From positions 3,286,001 through 3,350,000 of the forward strand of contig OZ176055.1 of assembly GCA_964247055.1 (NCBI GenBank): 64,000 nucleotides of DNA, written 5' to 3'. The translations under genes were made by a program, and so were the position numbers. The notes under the pieces are model-generated. The model was not told the DNA's origin and did not search any database. It was given only the letters and a program-made list of their open reading frames with translations. Origin of the DNA: Paragordius varius (Eukaryota; Animalia; Nematomorpha). Shown piece by piece: positions 14,828-25,870 of the stretch. Every line of letters starts with the position of its first letter. The stretch's first letter is position 1.

Positions 14828-15223
14828 TAGAAATAAGTCATGGACTATTCAACTTGACGAAATCATATTTGTAAATACTCAATTTTGAAATGACCAAAGA
14901 TGAAACTGTTGTTATTGTCCAAAAAAAGTTGTCAACACTTTGCTTTATCTTCAAATTCAGTTAACTCTACCGTAAAAATAAATAGATTTTATAGCCGATT
15001 CCCGGATATAAATCCATTTAAATGTTGCATATGCTCATTATGCTTATAAAGCATATAACAAGTAATAATTAAATTATTATGCAGCGAATGTATTAGATTG
15101 ATATATTATAATTTTAACTTAATATTCGTTTCAAATGTGCGAAAAAATAATTCTGTATGCCTAGGTAAAAATGCCAAAATTATTTAGCGAATTTTTATTT
15201 TGTGCTCATTATGTTTTGGTTGG

Positions 15224-18200
15224 CTACCTTGTAATCGAATGCAATACAGAATTCGATCCAACCTACTAATGAGTTATTTTAACCAAGTAAGACCAAAGAA
15301 ATTTAATTGAATATTCAATTTTAAGGTTAAAATGGATTTATTCCCTTTATTCTTTTATAATACCCTTTTACATACATAGCGGCCAATAGAGTCATTTATT
15401 AAAAATTATTTTTTTTGATCAATTTAATATTATTAAACGGTTAATGGAGTTCCTTCTACGCAGATAGTTGTGTTGTTTATGGGTGTACCATCAGCCAAAA
15501 ATGTAGAATATCCAATAATATATTTGCCATCAAAACAACACAAGTTGCAATCAATATTTGGACCTAATACGCAAAAATATTTATCATAATAATTAGAATA
15601 TTTTTTGGATCAAAAATATTGAAAAAAAATAAATATATAGTTATATGTTAGCTTATATCTCCTCTGTCTTTCCATTTTTGAATATAAGTAGAAATATTAG
15701 GCCCAAAAAAACTTAAACACTCCCGTGTAGAACTGACAGTGATAATGAAAATATCACGCGGCTCAAGTGATTCATTACTTTATAAATATAAAAATTGACG
15801 TGCAAATAAATGCCTTCGAAACGAAAAATTTTTAGTATTGCCCAAAATAATAAGTTATCTACCAAAACTTAAACCAAAACCTTTTTTGTTGTTTTTAAAG
15901 CCATTTTTGTTCCGGTTCTAGATAAAGATACTTTAAAACACCGGTTGCGGAAAAATGGTTTCAGTTTCAAAGATTTTTTGCTAAAAAAATGGTTCAATTA
16001 TTTGGTAAAATGTGTTTCAAACCACGGTCAATACTATCACAAAAAAGGCAAAACAATCAAATCAAGGACCGTCATAAAAGGCGGTTCCGATTTCAAAAAT
16101 TTTTTCCAAATAATTTTACAATTATTTTTAAACTCTTACCCGATTAAAATCGAGTCTGATCCTTAAGTTGTTTAGCGGCTAATTACAAAAAACGAGACAA
16201 AAAATGTGTGTAAGTTTAAAAACATAATTATATATAAGATAGTGATTACTGTATGTGCTGTTCCTTAACTTGGTACTACAAAGGTATTGATTTTTTGCTT
16301 TGGGACCTTGTTCATACAATCCACAACTCTTCAAATATATATATATATTTACTTTGTGACATATTTTGTGTTCGTGTTTATCACCCACGCAATAATCAAG
16401 ATTGTAACCATCGCTAAAAGAGAATAATTAAAGCCTTTATTACGGTATACATTTCAATATATGGTTGCTTATTTCACACTATAGATAGACGATTTGCATC
16501 ATCACAGTAGTGTATGGAAAAAACAGCAAAATGTTGAATAAACATTTTTTACCTTTCTTTTTTCATACAGTACTGTGTTGCAAATCGCCCAACTGTAGTG
16601 TGAAATAAGCAACCATTAAAAAGCATACTGAATATATTTGAGGCCATTACTTATATAATTTAAGGGCAAGATCCATAATCGGTAGATTTTGGCAACATTT
16701 TGGTTTTATATGTTTACGTTTATATGGGAATCTGGCCCCGATTTTTTGTATTTTTAACCATAATTAACTATATCTTAAGACAGGCTCCAATTGTCAATCA
16801 CCCAAATTTTAAATTAAACATATTCTAAAGTTTGATTCCTACAAAACCATAATTCATCTTGACCAAAAATAATAATATCAAAGGTACAAAATAATAATTG
16901 GACTTTGCTTAAAATAAATGCTAAATAAATGTATATACTATTCAAATTTACAATATCGTTTTCTGGTTTGATAACCTAGAGGACAAAACCCTTTGCAAGA
17001 CGACCATTTACTCCAATGACCCCATGATCCTTTATTGAGTTTGGGTATTTTCCTTTCTTCAATGCATTTTCCATGCAAACAAATCTACACAATTCAATAA
17101 TAAATTGAATCATCCAAATGAGTAATATTATGTTTTGGCGAAATTGACTAAATTAGATGACAAATGGCTTCGCGTGCCGCATTTTTAACTCATAAAACGG
17201 GCGGCAGCATTCGAAATATACATTGACATTCTTAAATAAGACTTTATTTATTGGGTAGATTTATATGGAATTTTTTTTAAGAAATATTATATTAAGATTT
17301 TGTAAAAATTAAATTATGAATTTCCAAATTTTACTCCGGGCGCACATAAAGTTTCGGAGGGCCGCATGCGGCTCGCAAGTAGGTATTTTTTACAAGCAAT
17401 GTGGATCCTAGATATGTTTGATTCTAAATAACTTATTCAATATTTATAACAATTTGAAATATGAAAATCCTTAAAACCTGTAACCTTTTCCTTTTCTCTT
17501 ATAATTATATTATAATAATTTTAGCTCACTTATGTTTTAAAGTTATATGGAAATTACTGATGATTTTTGGTCTTATATGGCGTTTAAATTCTTCTTGCCA
17601 ATCTATTGGAGACTTAGGTCCCTACTGCATCTCTAAAATTTGATACACTATGATATCTAAAACGATATTTTTTTATTTAATAATGTAGATAAAATTCCAC
17701 CTTTCCAGTTGTAGATTGGGATAAATACTCTTTCCCTCCATCTATGGTACAAGATGTGCCGTCTAAGGGCGGCTGATTATTAGTTCCGAATTGACTTGAA
17801 TTTATACAGACGAGGATGTTACAATTCGATTCCTGGAGCACATGAAAAAATAAAATAGACAAAAATTTAAGGGTCTCTCTAGATAAAATATAACATTTAG
17901 ATTTAAATAATATCTTTTATCTAGATCAGGGGTGTATAACACGTGGCTGCAGGGCTGTATAGTTTTTATGTGCAGCCCGCGAAGCCATTTGTGTTGGACA
18001 ACCTCAATACAGATATTATTGTGGTTTGTTACAACATAAAATAATTAAATAAATTTACCTGCAAATTGATAAAATAATCCACACCATAGTTAATTTGACA
18101 TTGCTGGTCAAACATAGTTTTACCGGGATACTTTTGGGTATTCATTGTTAAGTCAAAATTTTGTTTTTTCAATAAACAATCGGATCGCGATGATCTGCAC

Positions 18201-21200
18201 ACCAACATAAATAATTTAAAAAAACAGTTATCCGAATTAATAAACTCATGCTTAACATGAATATTTTAGTATTTTTAACTAAAATATTAATTTACAAAAA
18301 TATTCTTAAATGGGATGTGGCTCCTGTATTTAATGAGGCACTTGAAATCCGAAGGATTCTATCTATCCAATGTGTTTACACCTAAGCATACATATCGTAA
18401 ATTTCTCCAATAATATCTAATTCCTAGGAATATCTCAAAAGCATGTGCAAAGTTATTCAACTATAAACCATGTGTTTAAAAAATCATGTTAAACTTTTTA
18501 AATAACTGGATATAAATATGAAGTATCAAGTTTAGCTAGCTATATAGATTAAATATTTGCCGTTAAACGAAAAAAAGCAGGATCATAAGCCCCCTCCGAA
18601 ACTTATTTGGATATATAAAGAGTTAGAAACCTTAATGTATTATGAATTTCAGCAACACAACATTCAGACCAAGTAAATCGACGAAATCCTTGGCTAAAGT
18701 AATGCATAATTCCTCGTTTGCTTGCCCATGTACATCCATTATCCATATCATGGAGACAGCCCATTCTGACAAAACATTCAAGTTAATGTTTAAGATAAAC
18801 ATGAATAAATTTATGGTTTTAGTGACAAAATATTAATGTTTTTGTAATAATTTGCACAATATTTAACTTTGGATTAATGAAGAATTCAGACAATTTCACA
18901 TACGATACAAAATGAGTTTGAGTCTTAATTATTTAGATTAGTATATATGCATATATATATATATATATATATTAAACTTTTTATTTAAGATAATTCATGT
19001 CAAAATAAAGTAGCAGGATATTTTTGTTAAGGTTATGGTATCAATTAAAGGAGTTCAAAAACACGCCTATTTTTCATAAATTATATTTTTGTTGATCATA
19101 TTATATTTCAAAAATAAATGGATAAATATTTAAAATGCTCAATATTATCGAATCTTTCTAATATTTTGTTTAAATCAAATGGCAAATTTTAAATCCGCGG
19201 CCTTTTAAAATTTTTTCTCCCTCCCTTTCCAGGGATTCCAAAGGGCGATACTTAAATTATTCAAGAAATATATATATATATATATATATAATTTAATGAA
19301 CCACACATTTCAAAAATATAGTGTGTATAAATGGCAAGAAAGGCGTATATGTGTGGTTTTTTAAAAATATAGAGTTATATTTGATAATATTCAATTTTTC
19401 GTTTTTCAAGAGGTTTAACAATGTATTTCTTAAGAAGTATTATATACGCGTTTCTAGCCATTTATATTAACTAAATATATATATGATTACAAATGTCCAA
19501 TTTCGTGTCCAATTACTTGGGCTGTATCCAAACCCATATCATAGGTATTGACAACGCTTTTTTCAACGTCACATATTTTACCTAAGGGGGCCAACCCTTT
19601 CACACCAATATACAGTAAAAATTGGAATTATACGGACAAAACGTAAAAATATTAAGTTAATAAATTTTTTTCAAAAGACAACCAAACTTTTTCAAACCTT
19701 ATGATTTCCTTTTTAAGCTACTTAAATTGTAAATATAATAAATGATTACCTTGGTAATATAGATCTCTATTTCATACTTTGTAATTTTAAGCAATGATTT
19801 AACACAAAAAATCAAGATTTGAAAAGTGTGATTGTCTTTTAAAGAAAAATATTTGTTATTTTTATAATTTGTCGAATTTTTATTAGGTTTATATTCTAAC
19901 CATTGGAAAATATTAATAATTATATATATACACATACCAACTATGGGGCTATTTTTCGTTATTTTACTATATAATATAGGTTGATATAAAATATTGCAAA
20001 CAATTGACAATAATATTGAATTAAAAGATTTTCAAATCATGAAAGTAACTTTGAAATCAATATGGCTACATCCATAGATGAATCCTTAACACGACTCCTG
20101 ATAAAATTATTTATAGTTACGTTCCAGTCATCAGTTATAACTTTGTTAACCTAATAATTTAATGCATTCATATACCGGATAATTTTTAATTCCTTTCAGT
20201 TGAAATTGGATATTGGCTTCGATTGAGAAGTGGCGAAAAATGGAATTTAACTAAGAATTAATAAATTTACAAAACATTTAATCAATTTGTTAGGGGCATT
20301 TACGCATCTTATATTTTATCAATTAATAATTCATGTAAATGAAATATAACACGATGGTATTAGTTATAATTTTTAAAATTACATATTTGAAAAAAAAAGT
20401 TATAATTTTATTTTTCTTTAGATAATAAATACAGTTATGTATCCTTTATTTTATTAAAAATTATTTTATTTTTCTTTAAATAGGTATTTTGTTTAAGAAT
20501 GGAAAAAACAAATGCTCTATGGTAATTTTTATACTTTTTTGAGAAATATGATATTGTTAATACCATAGAGCACTTGTTTTTTCCATTCAACAAATATTTA
20601 TACCCATTTAACGAAAGAAAAATTTTTGATATAATAAAGGATACATGACTGTATAAAAATCGATTTTTTATCAAATGGGTGAAAAAAAGTTAAATAAAAT
20701 TAAAATCTTGAATTTTTTATTATATTGGGAAAAAATTGTAATTAAATTAGTATGTGATTCCATAAGAAATATGTAAAATAATTTAAGCCTTTTATTCAAA
20801 CAAAACGGGATATGAATGTACACTAAAAATAATATCTTTTCATCAAAATATTATTTTGTGTGTTATAATATAAATTTATTATACTTGGCATGCTATGTAG
20901 GGTAGATAATTTAGAGATGTATCAAGGGCAACTTTAGTTACGAAAAACACTCCCTCTATCACATATGGACCAGTTATGTATTTCCTTGCAACTTTAAGCG
21001 TCTTGTGTTGCCGAATCATCGGTTCTTGTTTAAAAAAACAAATTTTCATTATATATAACATACAGTAAATTAAAATTATACGGGCAAAGCGTAAAAATAT
21101 TAAGACAAATATTTTTTCAAAAAGACATCCATACTTTTTCAAACCTTAATTTTTCCTCTATGAGCTATTTATTACGATTATAAAATATAAAATTGATTGC

Positions 21201-22289
21201 GTTAGCAATATATATCTCTAATTCACACGATTCTATTTAAAAAAATAAAGATTTAAATAATGTGATTGTCTTTTAGAAAAAAATATTTGTCTTTACAAAT
21301 TTAACTTTTGTCTGATAATTTCAGTTTTTACTGTACATGCTAAAATGTTTTAGCCGGATCAAATTTTACAATTTAAAAAAATTAAAAATTAACCCTTGCT
21401 AAATACTCAAAATTTTAATATAGTTTTTGAATACCGTATGGTAAATAATCTAGAATTCCTTCATGATATATGGCAGAAAGGCTTGAGTGACGGCGAATTC
21501 GCTTGACAATATGGACACCTTTTTTCCCTGCCTTGTAGGGTTCAAGGATGTATTGATAATATTTGTCGGTAAATATTGCTTTCTTTTATAAAACAATTAT
21601 ATAAAAATTATTTACACACTTACAAAACAAAAGCTATAGGGAAAAAATTGGGAATAAACCATTTTTTTCTTGGTGTACTCCAAAACGACCTCATAAATTT
21701 CGCTGGAAACATCATTAAAAGGTTGAAAATCATCGGTGGAATAGTCAAATTTATCACCATGTTTTCCAACAAACTCAAATTTTTCGCCTCTATCTAGGGC
21801 AGAAGGATTAGCATTATTTTTATTTTTATCACCATTTTGTAGATATTGGAGTTTAACCCAACCATGATGAATGCGGGCATCAATATAATGCCAGTGCCTT
21901 GAATCATAAATATCGGTAAAGAAATCATTCGAAAGAACGTACGGTGCTTTCTTAAATTTAAAAATTAATATCAGTATTTGGGGCGCACTTGTATTGAAAC
22001 GTGAACCATTTTGATCATTTTGTAGAGTAATGGTCATTTTTACATGTTTATGTTTTTGCTGAATTTTAGACATTTTATCTATCCTTTCACTGGGGAATTG
22101 TTTTGTAAGCAGTTGTCTACTCAATTTACTTCTATTTCTTGCATCGTTATTAACATTAATTTCCACGATAGAATTGGGATAGACATATCCAAAGACCTCG
22201 TATCTTACGGCACATTGGATACCAATTAATGTGATATAAATTAAGGTTAAAGTAACTAAAATTAATTTATGCCTTATATTATTATTCAT
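15224..22289 (-). CDS. Secreted ADAMTS-like M12B zinc metalloprotease (~705 aa): signal peptide, prodomain, furin site, catalytic domain, disintegrin-like domain, one TSP1, partial Cys-rich region
   Basis: Exons 22289-21624, 21582-21435, 21024-20885, 20250-20176, 20150-20050, 19966-19938, 19596-19491, 18765-18631, 18194-18059, 17832-17701, 17084-16939, 16413-16353, 16328-16250, 15563-15439, 15262-15224 (2118 nt, phases consistent). Motifs: YILEPY..HIVKRIRR, HEIGHLMGCLHD, GIM Met-turn, FTWSEC, CLL..PG..DQQC, PPLDGTSC, WGHWSKWSSC..C..GYQTRKRYC, ADGTP..ICVEG. The last exon is the least certain. Confidence 0.9.
16463..16614. mobile_element. ~152-bp palindromic MITE with GG termini and AT flanks; a second copy lies at ~3056-3205
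   Basis: TIR ggttgcttatttcacacta / tagtgtgaaataagcaacc, with AT on both sides. The copy in the PP2A-A intron has its internal part in the opposite orientation. Confidence 0.75.
17927..18006. mobile_element. ~80-bp mini hAT MITE of the same family, in an ADAMTS-like intron
   Basis: atctagat|caggggtgtataacacgtggc...gcccgcgaagccatttgtgttggacaacctc. Confidence 0.6.
19611..19885. mobile_element. Same TA-CAGT MITE family, right end degenerate
   Basis: Starts tacagtaaaaattggaattatacggacaaaacg, and internal blocks match the other copies. Confidence 0.65.
21061..21335. mobile_element. Same TA-CAGT MITE family, complete copy
   Basis: tacagtaaattaaaattatacgggcaaagc ... ttttgtctgataatttcagtttttactgta. 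Confidence 0.75.
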
Positions 22290-23809
22290 AAATTTTATGG
22301 GTTTTTTTTTAATATTTAAAAATTTGTTGGTATAATGAAAATGGTTCAAAGAATGTTTTATTCATTTTTACCGAAAATGACCTTGAATCAAAGAAAATTA
22401 ATTAAATATATCATCAACCTGTATTTGTGCAAAATATTAACATCAAATTAATATAAAAGGAAAAAATATTCATTTTAAAAACATCTGAATTGAAAATTTA
22501 AATTAAAGAAAATTATTGAAAAAACCATGAGATAGGATGGTCGGCAAAAAATTATTTTATCAAACCGTCTAAACTTACTATTATATGTAAACAGCATTTT
22601 CCTTTTTTTGATTAAACATTGAATCTTAGTTTCCAAGGGTTTGCCAAATATATATTTTAAACTGAGGAGACGGCTTTTAAAAATGAACAACAAAAATTTA
22701 TTTAAGATATTTGTTGAAAGGTTTAAATTAATATGATAGTATAATATTTATCCAAAAGATAAAATTTTAAAAAAAAATATATTTTGTTGGATTCTAAATA
22801 ACTCTAAGTCACAGCGACGCGAGAAGGGCTAAGCTAGTACACGATAAAATATAAAAATTTGTAAAAGTTAATTACAGTGATACCTTTATTTAACATAAGC
22901 TAATAAAAGCTCATCCTTGAAATAAAATATAAGGTGGTGTATTGAAAAAAATTAATTAATTCATTTAAATTCAAATCTTATTAATATTATATTTTGTTGA
23001 TATACACAATATATGGTAACAAACAACGAATGGTTATAATTAAAACAATATTTTTCCTATTTTTTATAAACATATATTTTGGTTATTTAATTATGAACAA
23101 ACTTACGCTACTGTAAATGACAAAAATATTAGGAGCATATCGCGCGCTTATAATTGAATTAAAAAATTTTAACAGGATAAATGTTAAATGTGTTATATCA
23201 TCATCATTAGCACATATACTCTATCAAATGCTAAAAATGCAACATATTTGCCCATAAGGATTTATATGGAGGATATATGAGAAGGCAAACTGGCATATGC
23301 TGGAATCATCAACTCATGATGATTAATTTTTAAGAAATGAACCATTATCATTTTATTCAGCCATATTATAAAATTCATTAAAAGTTTACCCTTACTTTGT
23401 ATACACCTGCATCTCAAACTTACCATTTTAAACTCATTTCCAACCATTATTAAATGCCTAATATATTGATGTTAGGTGCTTTTTTTACTATTTTCCAAAA
23501 AATGTAAAATCTTTATTATAATTCGGCTTAGGAATCGGATTACATAAAATAAATTTTTATGAATATGACTGTGCTTAACATTATTAAAGTACAAAGAAAA
23601 TAATATAAAATAATGTGAGTATGTCGATTTTTAAGATATAATCGAATAAAAATAATTGAATTTTTTATAGTTTACTGAAGTGACCTAGGAAAATATCTAA
23701 GTTTTGTGTGACGTTATATATTTCGGAAATTAATAAACACTATTCAATTTTTCTAATTTTCAATTAATATTTGTGAATTAACTATATAATTACATTATAG
23801 ATAAAAAAT

Positions 23810-24642
23810 TTAATAATAATTTATTTTATTCTTCAAATTATTTACAGAATTCAAACCAAAACTGTATATAAGCAAGGAAATGGTAAAGCAAACTTTGATT
23901 AACAAGATTTGCCAGTATGATATATGCAAATATGCCTGGAGCAAGCTAAATAATTAATATTTTATATTAACTTGAACAACAAATTCCTATAAGATGAAAG
24001 CGTTAAACCAATCCCTATTAGCGTTATAATTCCATTATCTTTAGTTCGTGTCAACACTACAATAAGTGTTGTAATGGCCAAAAGGTTTAACTATAATTAA
24101 AAAGGATGAATATATTGATATATATTTAACGATAAATAATATTATTTTTATTACCAAATTTATGTGAGATTCAAAACAAGATTGCAAGGGTTTAATATCA
24201 AAATCTAAGCTACGGGCACCAAACCAAAACACAAAAAAATTGTTCAATAAAACATCCACAAAGCCCCACCCAACCGTAGTGCATAAAGCTTTGTAATCGG
24301 CAAACAAACTCAAATTGGACATATAAAAATATAGTGCCAGGTAATCAATAATATCCAAACTACCCAAAACAATATCCTATAATTAAATATTTTAATACTT
24401 CTCGCAATTCAAATTTAGTTATAAATTTAGATGAATCGTAGGATGGAACAAAAGTTGCGATACACAACATTTTAACCAATTGAACGAGTAAAAAGTAAAA
24501 TCCGGCATTAATACATTTCCAAAATGCATTATAATCAGATCTAAAATATTATTTTTAAATCTTACAAGCCACTATATTTATAAATTATGAAATAAGGCAC
24601 ATAGCATAGAGCGAGACAATTTAAAAAATATATGTAGGTCAT
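23810..24642 (-). CDS. TMEM147: Transmembrane protein 147 (BOS/Nicalin-NOMO complex subunit), 231 aa
   Basis: Exons 24642-24566, 24540-24399, 24376-24155, 24090-23972, 23945-23810 (696 nt). Translation [35 protein letters not shown]...VGWG...WFGARSLDFD..SHINL aligns end to end, by eye, with TMEM147 ([35 protein letters not shown]...LGWA...WVGARGIEFD..SNISL). Confidence 0.93.
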
Positions 24643-24959
24643 ATGGTAAATTTACATTGATGAAACATACTGATAGAATAAATAATTGTAGAATACATAA
24701 TTATATGCTTTATTTCATCCCGCTTTGATCTTCAGAAAGTAAATTAATGATTCAAAGTATACAATAATGTATGGTGCCGATAATCACTTATTGGTGGAAA
24801 ACAGTCTCTTTCCATACATGAATCGTGTTTATCATATAAAAGATATATTACAAAGTGTCCTGGAAAAAATATTTTGATAATATAAATATAATCTAATAGG
24901 AATCGGAATTATCAACGTATTTTTTGTTTTGGCTTATACGAGTGATAAAATCTAGACCA

Positions 24960-25870
24960 GTAACTGCTCCATATCAAAAAGTGGCAAAATTTTCGCACAT
25001 CTGTTAAAAAAAAATTTTTGGTGCAAGCTAAAGGCTTCGTTCTAAAAAACATCACCAAAATATATAATAAACTACATAAAATCAAAATTTTTATAAAATA
25101 TTAATTTTTGATGTGGGCTCCGAAATTTTGCTTCTTCAAAATAAGTTCATGTTCTTAAAGGAGAAAATGCCGATTTTGGGGAAAATTGGTTTAAGACGTT
25201 AAACGTATAATTATTTATCAAAAAATGCATACTTTGCTCAAAATTGAATTTTTAGTGAAATTCGATGAAGCGACTTTAATGGTAAGCATGGTGGAAATTG
25301 GTAAAATCTCTAGGATATTAAAACACTTTTTATATATATTTAATGATACCAAACAATCTACCACCCCAGAATTTTGATTAATATACGTTCGTCTTAAAAT
25401 TTAAATGTAAATTATTTTAAAAATTTACCCAAATTAAAATGAAAACGTAACTTTAAATTAAATTTTTGATGTGACAGAAATGTATCATCGAATTATATTA
25501 AAAGATATTTTCGAAAGGTATTTTATACCCTTACCGCCATGATTAAAAATACCATAAAACTCGCTTCACCAAAATTCTCTTAAAAATTAAATTTTTATAC
25601 AAAAAATAGATTTTTTCAAAAATATGTATTTGATACCATAATCCAGCATAAAAAATATAAAATCTCGGCTATATTGCTTTTTAAAAGGACCAGCCCATTT
25701 TATATGAACGAATTTAGGAGATAAAAATTTAAATTTTATAAAAAAAATTGCGTTTTTATGTTTATTATATATTTTAGTAATATTTTTAAGAAGCCTTTTG
25801 CTATATTCAAAAACATTTTTTATGAAATGTGCCCAAATTTTGCCATTTTCTGCATGTGTGGAACAGTTAC
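24960..25870. repeat. ~910-bp imperfect palindrome (foldback/MITE-like)
   Basis: gtaactgctcc..gtggcaaaattttcgcacat pairs with atgtgcccaaattttgccatt..ggaacagttac. Internal arms aaaggcttc/gaagccttt and gtgaaattcgatgaagcga/tcgcttcaccaaaattc also pair. The centre is near 25400. Confidence 0.7.

Noticed and set aside
17540-18400. Candidate extra ADAMTS-like exons at ~17545-17625 and ~18300-18360
   Set aside because: They are phase-incompatible or contain stops, and the flanking exons join directly into canonical motifs without them.
22805-22840. cagcgacgcgagaagggctaagctagt as a Helitron 3' end
   Set aside because: It ends in CTAG|T, but the hairpin is poor and no matching 5' TC end or second copy was identified.
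23095-23460. Stop-riddled - strand frame (NGKFEMQVYTK...SICANDDDITHL) faintly resembling a Penelope RT thumb
   Set aside because: Motif spacing is too long, there are many stops, and no RT catalytic motif is visible.
24690-24740. CUGAAGA...GAAA on the - strand as a possible hammerhead
   Set aside because: Helix II cannot close without consuming A9, and there is no convincing helix III or NUH site. Similar partial hits at ~17558, ~19450, ~20130, ~39865 and ~44695 also fail.
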